The notes: a model not told the origin generated them from the sequence alone. 64,000 nt of DNA from Treponemataceae bacterium (GCA_963677895.2 CAXXGJ010000038.1:373512-437511); one strand, 5' to 3'. Positions 1 to 11,066 are shown, counted from the first letter of the stretch. Numbers and translations are program-made.

Positions 1-32
1 TTTCTCGGCTTCAGGCCCGCGATAGTGGAACG

Positions 33-500
33 ATGAGCATACCGGAAGGCGTCAAGGTCGTAGCCCTCAACAGGCGCGCCCGTTTCGACTACAGCGTCGA
101 AGAAAGTTTTGAATGCGGCGTGGAGCTGAAAGGCACCGAAGTCAAATCCATCAAGGACGGAAGAGTATCCTTTCCCGACGCTTACGCCGACGTGAGGAAC
201 GCCGAAGTCTGGCTGAGGAATTTCCATATCTCGGAATACGTGTTCTCCTCGGTGTTCAGCCATGATCCCGACAGGCCCAAGAAGCTTCTGCTCCACGCGC
301 AGGAGATTAAACGCATCGACCGGAAGGTCCGCGAAAAAGGCTTTACGCTGATCCCCCTGGCGGTGTACCTCAAGCACGGCCTCGTCAAGATCGAGGTTGG
401 GCTCTGCAAAGGCAAGAAAGCCTACGATAAGCGCGCCGACATCAAGGAACGCGACGTGGATCGCGACATCAGGCGCGAATTCCGCACGAGGGACTGGTAA
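33..500 (+). CDS. smpB: SsrA-binding protein SmpB
   Basis: The 155 aa ORF has family-typical stretches VVALNRRARFDY and KKLLLHAQEIKRI and a basic C-terminal tail. The length is right for SmpB. Confidence 0.95.
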   Translation: MSIPEGVKVVALNRRARFDYSVEESFECGVELKGTEVKSIKDGRVSFPDAYADVRNAEVWLRNFHISEYVFSSVFSHDPDRPKKLLLHAQEIKRIDRKVREKGFTLIPLAVYLKHGLVKIEVGLCKGKKAYDKRADIKERDVDRDIRREFRTRDW

Positions 501-504
501 GCCT

Positions 505-1053
505 ATGCGCATCACCGGAGGAATCTACTGCGGCAGGACCATCGAGCTTCCCGACGCCCATCTGGCCATCCGTCCCGCCATGGACAGGATGAGGGAATCG
601 GTTTTCGGCGTCCTGGGAGACATGACGGGCCTCTCCTTTCTCGATCTCTTTTCCGGATCGGGCATCATCGCCCTCGAGGCGGCGTCGCGCGGCGCCAACC
701 CGATAATGTGCGTTGAGCGCGATAGGGCAAAGTTCCCCATTCTCCTCAAAAACGTCTCGATAGCGGCCGATCAGCGCATCGAGTGCAAAGCCCAGCCGGT
801 GGAGCTTTTCCTGGCCCGAAATAAGGTCGCCTTCGATATCGCCTTCCTCGACCCCCCCTTTCCCTACGCCTTCAAGCTGGATCTGCTCAAGACCCTGGTG
901 AAGGGATCTTCCCTCAAGGAAGGCGGTCTCGTGATCATCCATTTCCCCAAGGAAGACAAACTGCCGCTGAAAATCGGATCCCTCGCGGTCGAGGACGAAC
1001 GAAGCTACGGTCGCTCGATCGTGCGTTTTTATCGAAGCCGCGAGGCGTCCTGA
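505..1053 (+). CDS. rsmD: 16S rRNA (guanine966-N2)-methyltransferase RsmD
   Basis: Motifs IRPAMDRMRESVFGVL, LDLFSGSGIIALEAASRGA (SAM motif I) and AFLDPPFPY (DPPF/Y catalytic motif) are present. The ATG at 505 lies 4 nt after the smpB stop. The track ORF start at 397 overlaps smpB and is rejected. Confidence 0.85.
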   Translation: MRITGGIYCGRTIELPDAHLAIRPAMDRMRESVFGVLGDMTGLSFLDLFSGSGIIALEAASRGANPIMCVERDRAKFPILLKNVSIAADQRIECKAQPVELFLARNKVAFDIAFLDPPFPYAFKLDLLKTLVKGSSLKEGGLVIIHFPKEDKLPLKIGSLAVEDERSYGRSIVRFYRSREAS

Positions 1054-1184
1054 CCCTGAAATGACACTGATTGCTTTTTCCGCTTTTTCGCTTTATACTT
1101 TTCAATTAGACAGAAAGCAGCCTTAGGTCCGTATTTTTAAAATGTTTGAATCATAAAATACGCTTTCTGCCACAAGGAAAAAAC

Positions 1185-2333
1185 ATGAGCGACATGCCTG
1201 CTCCTCTCCCCCAAGACGATTTCTTTGAAATTCCGGAAGCGCTCGAAAGCGAACTGAACGAGATTTCCGAATCCTCCAAGAAAGGTTACCAGCTTCTCAA
1301 GGAAAACCGGTTCGACGAAGCCGTCGAGTGCTTTGCCCAGATTCTGGAAAAGGACAAGGAAAACAACTACGCGTTGGTCGGCCTCGGCGACGCGGCCCGC
1401 AAACGCGGCGCGTACAGGGACGCCGCCGACCATTACCGGCGCTGTCTCGTATTCCATCCCGGAAACAGCTACGCCCTGTTCGGTCTGGCGGACTGCTACA
1501 AGGCCCTCAACCAGTACCATAAAGCCATAGAAATATGGGAGCAGTACCTGCTCCACGACAATACGAACATCACGGTCCTGACGAGAGTGGCCGACGCGTA
1601 TAGAAAAGTCCACGATTTCAGGAAATCCAAGGCCATCTATCAGCGCGTTCTCGAGATGGAAGCCGACAATCATTACGCCCTCATCGGCCTCGGCCATCTG
1701 CATTATGACTTCAAGGAATACAAGGAAGCCCTCGGCTACTGGCAGAGAATGGTCGATCTTCAGGCAGATAGGGTCGATATCAGGGTTCTCACCTCCATCG
1801 GGAATTGCTACAGGAAACTGAAGCAGTTCGATCGAGGCGTTCCCTATTTCGAGAAGGCCCTGGAAAGGGAGCCGGACAATTTCTACGCCCTCTTCGGCAT
1901 AGCCGACTGCTATCGAGGCGTCGGCAAGCAGGCCAATTCCCTCATCTACTGGAACAAGATTCTGGAAAAGGATCCCAAGAACAAAGTTATCCTCACCAGG
2001 GCAGGCGATGCCTACAGGAATATCGGCGACCTGGATAAAGCGGTGAAATACTACGAGGACGCCCTCAACATAGAGTTCGACGTATACGCCATCCTAGGCC
2101 TGGCCGTCATCGCGCGCACTCAGGGAAAATGGGACGACGCCATCACCAGCCTCAAGATGCTCATACAGAACGATCCCAAGAATTACCGCATCTATCTCGA
2201 GCTCGCCCAGTGCTACGTGGCGGCCGGTCAGCGCCAGCAGGCCATAGATATCCTCAGCGACTTCACGAAGATGGGGATCAAGAATCCCTTCATCTCGGAA
2301 GCGCTTCTGAAGCTTTCGGCGAAGGCTTCGTGA
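1185..2333 (+). CDS. TPR-repeat protein
   Basis: About 10 tandem 34-aa TPR-like units are present, with recurring A..Y...L...P.N..AL.GLG/A and Y..A...Y motifs. I prefer the ATG at 1185 over the TTG at 1146. Confidence 0.8.
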   Translation: MSDMPAPLPQDDFFEIPEALESELNEISESSKKGYQLLKENRFDEAVECFAQILEKDKENNYALVGLGDAARKRGAYRDAADHYRRCLVFHPGNSYALFGLADCYKALNQYHKAIEIWEQYLLHDNTNITVLTRVADAYRKVHDFRKSKAIYQRVLEMEADNHYALIGLGHLHYDFKEYKEALGYWQRMVDLQADRVDIRVLTSIGNCYRKLKQFDRGVPYFEKALEREPDNFYALFGIADCYRGVGKQANSLIYWNKILEKDPKNKVILTRAGDAYRNIGDLDKAVKYYEDALNIEFDVYAILGLAVIARTQGKWDDAITSLKMLIQNDPKNYRIYLELAQCYVAAGQRQQAIDILSDFTKMGIKNPFISEALLKLSAKAS

Positions 2334-2348
2334 AGGCAAGACCATAGG

Positions 2349-3410
2349 ATGACAAACCGACCTTTGAACGAAGAAAAACCGTCGGTCTATCCTTCGGGCC
2401 TGCTCCCTGACGAGATCCTCGATCTTCTCCGCTTCGAGCAGGCTTACAGGGCGAAACAGGTCTACGACTGGATCGTGCGCGGAACGGGCGATTTTTCCGG
2501 CATGACCAATCTCCCCGCCGCCGACAAGGAACGTTTGACCGCGCTGTTCGGCACCCTCCGCTCATCCTCGGTGAGTTCGGAATTCAAGGATGAGGACGGA
2601 TCCCTCAAGCTGCAGATACGACTCCGCGACGGCGCGGCCGTCGAGTGTGTTCTCCTGGAGGATATCGAGGGAAGGAAGACCGCCTGTCTCTCCAGCCAGG
2701 TGGGTTGTCCCATGGGCTGCAAATTCTGCCGTACCGGCCAGCTCGGTTTCCTGCGGAATCTCGGACCGGACGAAATCCTCGAGCAGTATTACTTCCTCAA
2801 GGAAAGACGCGGCTTCATATCGAATGTCGTCTTCATGGGCATGGGAGAACCCCTCCTCAATCTTCCCGCGCTGCGAAAATCGATTGCCCTCCTCGCTGAT
2901 CCGGAAGGCATAGGCATGTCGCTGCGAAAGATCACCATATCCACGAGCGGCGTAGTCCCGGGGATTCTCGACCTGGCGGCCAACGGTCCCCGAGTCAGGC
3001 TCGCCGTGTCGCTGACCACCGCCAACGAGGATATGCGGTCGGAGATGATGCCCATAAATCGCACCTGGAACCTTGCGACTCTCAAGGCCGCCCTCGTCGA
3101 ATACCAGGAAAAGACAGGCGAGCGCGTCACCCTCGAAGCCGTCCTCACCGGAAACAGGAACGCGAGCCCAGACGATGCCCGCGCCCTGGTGCGCTGGGTA
3201 AAGCCGCTCAAGGCCCAGGTCAATCTCATTCCATGGAACGCTGTGCCCGGCCTTCCTTTCGAAACGCCCAGCAAGGCGCAAGTCCAGGCCTTCACCGACG
3301 TGCTCGAAAAGGCTGGACTCGTCGCCGTCCAGCGAATGCATCGCGGCAGGGGCGTCATGGGCGCCTGCGGCCAGCTCGGAGACACGCTCCAGGCCAATTC
3401 CAAGCCCTGA
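2349..3410 (+). CDS. rlmN: 23S rRNA/tRNA (adenine-C2)-methyltransferase RlmN (radical SAM)
   Basis: The radical-SAM CxxxCxxC motif is in SSQVGCPMGCKFCRTGQLGF. MGMGEPLLN and the C-terminal ACGQL cysteine are also present. The 353 aa length fits. Confidence 0.9.
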   Translation: MTNRPLNEEKPSVYPSGLLPDEILDLLRFEQAYRAKQVYDWIVRGTGDFSGMTNLPAADKERLTALFGTLRSSSVSSEFKDEDGSLKLQIRLRDGAAVECVLLEDIEGRKTACLSSQVGCPMGCKFCRTGQLGFLRNLGPDEILEQYYFLKERRGFISNVVFMGMGEPLLNLPALRKSIALLADPEGIGMSLRKITISTSGVVPGILDLAANGPRVRLAVSLTTANEDMRSEMMPINRTWNLATLKAALVEYQEKTGERVTLEAVLTGNRNASPDDARALVRWVKPLKAQVNLIPWNAVPGLPFETPSKAQVQAFTDVLEKAGLVAVQRMHRGRGVMGACGQLGDTLQANSKP

Positions 3411-3451
3411 CATAATCCGATTACCTTCGCACCCTCGGTCGCGGAAATTGT

Positions 3452-4768
3452 TCACCCGCCACAGCCATCTCCCGATGATTTCCCCAGCTTTCGCATGAGC
3501 CGCGTCCGCCTTTTCTCGAGCGCCTCAAGTTCGGGGCTGTCTCGGTTTAGAGCGCTGGGATTCCGGACTCCCGTTTCTTGGGCGGCTTCCGCTTCCAGGA
3601 TGGCCTTGGCCTTTTCGGCGTAGTCGAGAGCGGTTCTGGGATCCTTCCTCATGTGTTCGTGGAATTTCGCCTTTTCTGTGCAGCCTTCGACGCTATTTTC
3701 GTCCATCGCGGCGATGACGCGTCCGCAGGCTTCCAGATCCCCCGCCTTTCTGTAGAACCTGAAAAGAAGCTTAAGCGCCCCATGGTCACCGGCCGCGGCG
3801 CCTTCCTCGAGGAGGGCATAGCCTTCCTCCGATCTGTCGGCCGCCATGAGTTCCATGGCGAGATGCGGGACATAGACTCTTTCGCTCTCCCAGCGTACGC
3901 AGGGTTCCTTCATGATTCCCTCGACCCTGAGGAAGAGCCTGGCGAGCGATCTGACATCGAGGAGATTGTGGTCGGCCACCTTTCCCATCGCCGCGAGAGA
4001 GGCTTCGAGAGTATCGGCGTCCGCGGCGTTCGCCCCCGAATATTCGAGCCAGAGCCGCGGGATGAGAAATCCGGGTACATCATCCTCCCGCCCCTCCCCG
4101 AGAACGGCTATCTCCATGGCTTGCAGGGAGCAGGAGCCGAAGGTTTTCTTCCAGAACTTCCTCGCCATATGCAGGAGGTCTATGTGGCCGAATTCGGGGA
4201 CGGGAACGGCGTTCATGATGCATCGCGTTCTTAAAAGGGGCAGATCGAAGGCAGCCCCGTTGTAGGTGACGAGATAAGGATGGTCAGCGAGAAGGTTGAC
4301 CGTGAAATCGAGAAAAGTAGGCTCACCCGGGAAATCGTCGATGAATACTTGGGTGACGAGGAAGCTTCCGCCCTCGAAAAAACCGACGGCCGCGAGGAAA
4401 GCTATGGTGCCTGCCCCGCCCGAAAGGCCTGTGGTCTCGAGGTCGAAGAAGGAGAGCCGGTTCAGGGGTATGGCGGTCAAAGGCATGGGCTCCAGGCCCT
4501 TTTTCCGTCTCAGCCGCTGGTTCGCGAAATGGCTTTCCTCGAAGCAGTCGCCGCGGTTTTCGTCCAGGCCGAAGCCGGTCTCCACCGTCCGCGTATAGGT
4601 GTGGGGAGCGATCCTTTCCCATCCTGGAAGGAAACCGGACTTTTCTTCCCGTACCGGTTTTTTCGACTTTTTCGGCCTTTCCGATCTTTCCGGCTTGTCA
4701 GGGCGCGACCCGATTTCCGAGGCCTTGATGAGACCCATTTCCTTGAGGCGGGCAAGCCGCCCTTTCAT
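3452..4768 (-). CDS. RNase H-fold (YprB/MrfB-like) exonuclease with C-terminal TPR-like region
   Basis: The DEDD-type motif LSFFDLETTGLSGGAGTIAFL is followed by a helical repeat tail. It lies directly downstream of the DUF1998 helicase, as in the B. subtilis yprA-yprB arrangement. The start is taken at the internal ATG (MKGRLARLKEMG) at 4768, 20 nt after the upstream stop. The track start at 4966 overlaps the helicase. Confidence 0.7.
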   Translation of the reverse strand: MKGRLARLKEMGLIKASEIGSRPDKPERSERPKKSKKPVREEKSGFLPGWERIAPHTYTRTVETGFGLDENRGDCFEESHFANQRLRRKKGLEPMPLTAIPLNRLSFFDLETTGLSGGAGTIAFLAAVGFFEGGSFLVTQVFIDDFPGEPTFLDFTVNLLADHPYLVTYNGAAFDLPLLRTRCIMNAVPVPEFGHIDLLHMARKFWKKTFGSCSLQAMEIAVLGEGREDDVPGFLIPRLWLEYSGANAADADTLEASLAAMGKVADHNLLDVRSLARLFLRVEGIMKEPCVRWESERVYVPHLAMELMAADRSEEGYALLEEGAAAGDHGALKLLFRFYRKAGDLEACGRVIAAMDENSVEGCTEKAKFHEHMRKDPRTALDYAEKAKAILEAEAAQETGVRNPSALNRDSPELEALEKRRTRLMRKLGKSSGDGCGG

Positions 4769-4787
4769 GGCTGACAAGGAAAGCTCC

Positions 4788-7256
4788 TCAAGGACGCCCG
4801 CTGCAGCGGGCCAGGAGTTCACCCACGAGGGACTTGAACCCGAAGCCGCCCCTGCGCGACGGGCTTGAAATTTCGCCGGCCTGGGGCGAGCCATCGGCGC
4901 CCACGAGGTCGGCGCCGATACAGGAGGGGCAACCAGCGCCGCAGGAGCAGCCGTGAAGCCTCTCATATGCCGCGCCCATGAGTCCGTCCAGCTTGCCCGT
5001 GAGGGCCTCCGAGAGACCGGTGCCGCCCGGATACTTGTCGTAGAGGTAGATGGCCGGGATCGAGAAATGAGGGTCCCTCACGCGCTCGGAGACGCCGATG
5101 TCGCGGGGATCGCAGAGGACGAAGACCGGTGCCAGGGACTTGAGCAGGCGCGCGGCCCCGACGAGCGCGGCCGCCGCCGTCGCCGGATCGAGCCTCTCCA
5201 GGAAGGAGCCGGCCGCGCTCTCCTTCGGAAAGAGAAGCATGAGGGCGCGCGTCTGCATTTCCTCGGGCGGCAGGAATATTTCGCCGAATCCGACGTTCTC
5301 CTGCGTGTGGAAGCGCAGCTTCTTGAACTTCTCCGCCTGGCTCCTCACGAGGACGTCGCCCACGGCGTAGCCGAAAAGCATGGACTGGCCGGGAGAGGAA
5401 CGTTCGTCCTCGGTGAGCACCTCAAGGTCGGTCTTGACGACGGCGTCGGTCCAGTAATCCAGGTCCTTGCGCTCGACGTGGCAGACCCTGTTGGCAATGT
5501 CGAGCTTCTTCACGATGAACTGCGTGCCCAGGTGGATGTAGACGGCGTTGTCGAATATGAGTTCCTTGGCGCTCGGCCTGTCCATCTCGCCGATTACGCG
5601 GCTTCCGCCGCCGGTCACGTCGACGATGACGATATTGTCGGCGGTGGCCGAGCGGAGCGAAATCTTCTCGCTGGGGTAGCCCTCGTCGGACCAGTACCAG
5701 CGCCCGCCGGTGAGACGCACCGCGCCTTCTTCCTCCAGCAGGGAAAGAGCCTCCGCCGTCAGCTCGGAACGCTCGCTTCCCTCGCCGGGCTCCGTTTCAC
5801 TCTCGCCGTGTTCCGTTTCGTCCTCGCCGCGCTCCGTTTCGTCCTCGCCGCCGGTCGCGCCCTCGCCATCCTCGCCGCCGCCGAAAGCCCCGCCCTCCGC
5901 GAAAGGCAGCTCGAAGGTCGCGCACTTGACGTGGTCGATGAAGATGAAGGGATTGTCCAAGTCAACCCTGGCCTGCTCCGGCGACTGCGCGAGGAAATAT
6001 TCGGGATGAAGGGCGAAATACTGGTCCAAAGGGGCCGCCGATGCCACGAAGATGGCCAGGGAAGAGCCGCCCCGTCTCCCCGCCCTTCCCGCCTGCTGCC
6101 AGAAGGATGCCGTGCTGCCGGGATAGCCCGCCATGACGGAGGCGTCGAGCCCGCCTATGTCGATGCCGAGTTCCAGGGCGTTCGTGGAGACGACGCCGTT
6201 GATGGATCCCTCGCGAAGGCCTTTCTCGATGGCGCGCCGCTCAGATGGAAGAAGCCCCGAACGGTAGGGGCTCACCTTTATCCTCTCGTTTTCGTTGTTG
6301 GGATTCTCCAGGCTCTGGTTGATGTTGCTCGCGATGAGCTCCACCGCCAGCCTGGACCGGGCGAAGAGGATGGTCTTCACTCCTCTGCGCAGGAGCTCGA
6401 GGGCGATGCGCTCGGACTCGGTCGCGCTGCTCTTCCTCATGCCCTGCACCGGATCGATGACGGGGGGATTATAGAAGACGATCGTCTTTTCGCCGGCCCC
6501 GGCGCCGTTGTCGTCGACGAGCTCGACGGGCTCCTCGATCAGGGCTTCGGCGAGTTCTTTGGGATTGGCGATCGTCGCCGAGCAGAAAATGAAGGAAGGC
6601 TTGGCGCCGTAGAAGGCGGCGATGCGTTTGAGCCGCCTCAGCACGTTGCCCACATGGCTGCCGAAAACGCCCCGGTAGCTGTGCGTTTCGTCCACGACAA
6701 CATATTTCAGGCCTGAGAAGAACTGTATCCACTTGGCGTGGTTGGGCAATATCCCGGCGTGGAGCATGTCCGGATTCGTGATGACGATACGGCCGGAGGT
6801 TCGCGCCGCCGTCCTGAGGGATGAGGGCGTGTCACCGTCGTAAGTCTGTATTTTTACGGGCAGCGCGCCGCCCAGGGCGACTTCGTTGAGCTCAGCCTGC
6901 TGGTCCTGGGAGAGGGCTTTCGTCGGAAAAAGATAGAGGGCGCGGGCGGAGGGATCCTCCAGGAGGGTCTGGACCACGGGGAGATTGTAGCAGAGGGTCT
7001 TGCCCGACGCCGTAGGCGTGACGACGACGAAATTCCGCCCGGAACGGGCGATTCGGTAGCATTCGGACTGATGGGTGTAGAGGGCCGAAATGCCCTTCGC
7101 GGCAAGGGCCGCGGCGAGAGGCGGCGAGAGATCGGCCGGCAGTTCGGCGAGTTTCGGCGAGCGCTGCCGCAACGTACGAGTCCAGGCCACTTCCCCCTGC
7201 TCATCGAGCCAGGCGAGAAAAGAGTCCCAAAATTCTGTGGCGGGTTTCTTCATCAT
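4788..7256 (-). CDS. DEAD/DEAH-box helicase with C-terminal DUF1998/MZB Cys cluster (YprA/MrfA-like)
   Basis: Helicase motif I (VVTPTASGKTLCYNLP) and motif II DExH (VVVDETHSYRG) are present, with the C-terminal Zn-type cluster HGCSCGAGCPSCIG. The protein is 822 aa. Confidence 0.8.
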   Translation of the reverse strand: MMKKPATEFWDSFLAWLDEQGEVAWTRTLRQRSPKLAELPADLSPPLAAALAAKGISALYTHQSECYRIARSGRNFVVVTPTASGKTLCYNLPVVQTLLEDPSARALYLFPTKALSQDQQAELNEVALGGALPVKIQTYDGDTPSSLRTAARTSGRIVITNPDMLHAGILPNHAKWIQFFSGLKYVVVDETHSYRGVFGSHVGNVLRRLKRIAAFYGAKPSFIFCSATIANPKELAEALIEEPVELVDDNGAGAGEKTIVFYNPPVIDPVQGMRKSSATESERIALELLRRGVKTILFARSRLAVELIASNINQSLENPNNENERIKVSPYRSGLLPSERRAIEKGLREGSINGVVSTNALELGIDIGGLDASVMAGYPGSTASFWQQAGRAGRRGGSSLAIFVASAAPLDQYFALHPEYFLAQSPEQARVDLDNPFIFIDHVKCATFELPFAEGGAFGGGEDGEGATGGEDETERGEDETEHGESETEPGEGSERSELTAEALSLLEEEGAVRLTGGRWYWSDEGYPSEKISLRSATADNIVIVDVTGGGSRVIGEMDRPSAKELIFDNAVYIHLGTQFIVKKLDIANRVCHVERKDLDYWTDAVVKTDLEVLTEDERSSPGQSMLFGYAVGDVLVRSQAEKFKKLRFHTQENVGFGEIFLPPEEMQTRALMLLFPKESAAGSFLERLDPATAAAALVGAARLLKSLAPVFVLCDPRDIGVSERVRDPHFSIPAIYLYDKYPGGTGLSEALTGKLDGLMGAAYERLHGCSCGAGCPSCIGADLVGADGSPQAGEISSPSRRGGFGFKSLVGELLARCSGRP
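5790..5852 (-). repeat. 3 x 21-bp imperfect tandem repeat inside the helicase CDS
   Basis: The plus-strand units are ctccgtttcactctcgccgtg, ttccgtttcgtcctcgccgcg and ctccgtttcgtcctcgccgcc. On the coding strand they encode GEDETER / GEDETEH / GESETEP inside a Gly/Glu/Asp-rich insert. Confidence 0.8.
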
Positions 7257-7338
7257 AAGCTATACTTTACACACGCTGGGTGCTTAGGTAAACAGATGTG
7301 TATATATTTTTCAACACACCCGCGCGAAAGGGGCCATC

Positions 7339-8613
7339 ATGCTGAAAGTATTGTCGATCGTGCTTGGCGGCGGCAAAGGCACTCGTCTATTCCCCCTCAC
7401 CAAGGAAAGATCCAAGCCGGCCGTTCCCTTCGGAGGCAAATTCCGCATCGTCGATATACCCATATCGAACTGCATCAACGCCGGTTTCAAGAAGATCTAC
7501 ATCCTCACCCAGTTCAACTCCGCGAGCCTCCATCTGCATATCGCAAAATCCTACAATTTCGATACGTTCTCGAGCGGATTCGTGGAAATCCTCGCCGCGG
7601 AGCAGACGCCGGTCCATTCTGGCTGGTACGAAGGCACGGCGGACGCCGTGCGCAAGAATCTCATCCATTTCAGGCCGCAGAACCCCACCCATTACCTCAT
7701 CGTGTCGGGCGACCAGCTCTACAGAATGGATCTGGGCGACATGTTCAGGAGACATCTCGCCTCGAAGGCCAGACTCACGATAGCCGGCACCATGGTGGAC
7801 AGGAATACGGCGAGCGCCCTCGGCATCATCAAGACGGGAAAAGATTCGCTGATCGAAGCCTTCATGGAAAAGCCCGGTCCGGCGAAGGATATCTCGGAAT
7901 TCAGACTCCCCGACGAGATCCGCCCGAAATCATCAGCGCCGGAGAATGAATACCTCGCGAGCATGGGCATCTACATTTTCGACGCATCCCTTATGGAAGA
8001 AGCCCTCGCTGGCGACTCGAACGACTTCGGCAAGGAAGTCATACCCGATATCCTCGCCAAGGAAAAAATCAACGCCTACCTTTTCGACGGCTACTGGGAA
8101 GATATCGGAACGATCAAGAGTTTCTACGACGCGAACATCCAGCTGACGGACATCAATCCGAAGTTCAATTTCTACGACGAGGACAACCCGATTTTCACGC
8201 ACAACAGGAATCTCCCCGCGTCCAAGCTCAACTACTGTACGCTGAACCAGGCCTTGGCCACCGACGGCTGTATCATCACCAACGCTTCCATATCGCGCTC
8301 CATCGTGGGAATACGCACCATCATCGAGTCGGGCGCCAGCCTCGACGGCGTGATATGTATGGGCGCCGACCGCTATGAAACGGAAGAGGATAAGAAGGCC
8401 AACACGCTGAAAGGAATTCCTAACATCGGCATCGGCGGCGGAAGCATACTGAGGCGCGCCATCATCGACAAAAACGCAAGGATAGGCCCCAACTGCAGGA
8501 TCGGCATCGACGACATGCCGCGGCCGGAGGGCGAATACGCCACGCACTATATCGTGGACGGCGTCATCGTCATTCCCAAGAACATGATCGTGCCGGCCGG
8601 CACGGCGATCTGA
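7339..8613 (+). CDS. glgC: glucose-1-phosphate adenylyltransferase
   Basis: The N-terminal LGGGKGTRLFPLTKERSKPAVPFGGKFRIVDIPISNCINAG matches the family. The C-terminal part is left-handed beta-helix-like. The protein is 424 aa. Confidence 0.93.
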   Translation: MLKVLSIVLGGGKGTRLFPLTKERSKPAVPFGGKFRIVDIPISNCINAGFKKIYILTQFNSASLHLHIAKSYNFDTFSSGFVEILAAEQTPVHSGWYEGTADAVRKNLIHFRPQNPTHYLIVSGDQLYRMDLGDMFRRHLASKARLTIAGTMVDRNTASALGIIKTGKDSLIEAFMEKPGPAKDISEFRLPDEIRPKSSAPENEYLASMGIYIFDASLMEEALAGDSNDFGKEVIPDILAKEKINAYLFDGYWEDIGTIKSFYDANIQLTDINPKFNFYDEDNPIFTHNRNLPASKLNYCTLNQALATDGCIITNASISRSIVGIRTIIESGASLDGVICMGADRYETEEDKKANTLKGIPNIGIGGGSILRRAIIDKNARIGPNCRIGIDDMPRPEGEYATHYIVDGVIVIPKNMIVPAGTAI

Positions 8614-8635
8614 AAACCCGATTCCCAACGTATGA

Positions 8636-8673
8636 AAAGAGGGCGGCCCGCGATGCGGGCCGCCCTCTTTTTC
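8636..8673. terminator. bidirectional rho-independent terminator between convergent glgC and the PRT gene
   Basis: The hairpin is agagggcggcccg-(c gat g)-cgggccgccctct. It is flanked by an A-rich run upstream (gaaaaga) and TTTTT downstream. Confidence 0.8.
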
Positions 8674-8692
8674 AGTTTCCTTGCCTGAATTT

Positions 8693-9298
8693 TCAGCCGG
8701 TGACGAGCTTCATGGCCTCGGCCAGTTCGGGATCCTTGTCTATATAGTACTTCTGGGCTTCGGCGGCCGACAGGCCGACAAGCTCGTGGCTCATGTAGTG
8801 AATCCAGGTCTCGTCTTCCAGCGTGGGCACCTCGATCTTGCGGCACCAGTAATCGGGGTGGATAGGATGGGTGTCGGGCAGGTATTCGCGGACCTTGTAG
8901 TCGTGGACGACGACCTTTATGTTGGCGCGGGGCAAGCCCTTTCGCATGAACACTTCGGTGAGATAGTTGACGGTCCTTCCCGAGTCGTAGACGTCGTCGA
9001 CGAGCATCACCTTTTCCCCTCCGTGGAGGAGATCGGGACTGTAGGTCCATCCGTCGATCTTGACCTCTTCCTGCGTGCTCACGTCGGTATAGGAGCGGGC
9101 GACGACGGCCGCGTAGAAAACGGGGTTTGCCTCGCCGGTGATGAACTTGAAATACTCGCTTATGACATTCCCCATATAGGCGCCGCCTCTCAGGGACACA
9201 TAGATGATGTCGGGGATGAATCCATCTTTGTAAATGCGGTAGGCCATCTTCAGGGCATTGTTCCTGATGGTGTCGTAGGGAACGAATTCTTTGTGCAT
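8693..9298 (-). CDS. phosphoribosyltransferase (purine-salvage type)
   Basis: The PRPP-binding loop VMLVDDVYDSGRTV is present in a 201 aa protein. Substrate specificity cannot be assigned from sequence alone. Confidence 0.75.
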   Translation of the reverse strand: MHKEFVPYDTIRNNALKMAYRIYKDGFIPDIIYVSLRGGAYMGNVISEYFKFITGEANPVFYAAVVARSYTDVSTQEEVKIDGWTYSPDLLHGGEKVMLVDDVYDSGRTVNYLTEVFMRKGLPRANIKVVVHDYKVREYLPDTHPIHPDYWCRKIEVPTLEDETWIHYMSHELVGLSAAEAQKYYIDKDPELAEAMKLVTG

Positions 9299-9350
9299 AG
9301 GGCCTCTCGGGAGAAAGATCCGCGTTCCTCAAGGGGGACCGCATGTGGAC

Positions 9351-9389
9351 AAAAAGCTTGAAGCCCTGAAAAAATCAGGGCTTCAAGCA
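9351..9389 (-). terminator. rho-independent terminator downstream of htrA
   Basis: A perfect 14-bp stem gcttgaagccctga / tcagggcttcaagc spans 9357-9389. On the minus strand it is followed by TTTTTG. Confidence 0.8.
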
Positions 9390-9415
9390 GTCATCGCGAA
9401 GATGGGATAGTACTA

Positions 9416-10951
<1,536 letters not shown>

Positions 10952-10998
10952 ATACTTCTCCTGAGATGCGTTTTCCAGTGAGCTACTAACTAAAAGAT

Positions 10999-11027
10999 AA
11001 AATACTGATTTTCGTTACAGTAGCCAA
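10999..11027 (-). promoter_or_regulatory. candidate sigma70-type promoter for htrA
   Basis: The minus strand reads TTGGCT-17 nt-TATTTT. AGGAGA lies 5 nt before the htrA ATG further downstream. Confidence 0.3.
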
Positions 11028-11066
11028 ATAGGCGGAGGCATCAGGCTATATGACAATCGACGCTCT

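Noticed and set aside
397-504. The track start extends rsmD at its N-terminus and overlaps smpB by about 100 nt.
   Set aside because: The extension (MGSAKARKPTISAPTSRN...) is Arg/Ser/Thr-rich and not RsmD-like. The ATG at 505 gives the family N-terminus 4 nt after the smpB stop.
4769-4966. The track start extends the exonuclease gene at its N-terminus and overlaps the helicase 3' end.
   Set aside because: The extension is Ala/Pro/Arg-rich shadow sequence. The internal ATG at 4768 lies just after the helicase stop.
4953-6716. A 587 aa ORF lies antisense to the helicase. Similar long shadow ORFs are at 15937..17565, 24031..25605, 27500..29146, 29387..30919, 42247..43821, 51886..53484, 56259..57701 and 62698..63465.
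   Set aside because: All lie opposite or out of frame to genes with clear family motifs. Their translations are Arg/Gly/Ala/Pro-rich low-information sequence. Long stop-free antisense frames are expected in DNA of about 60% GC.
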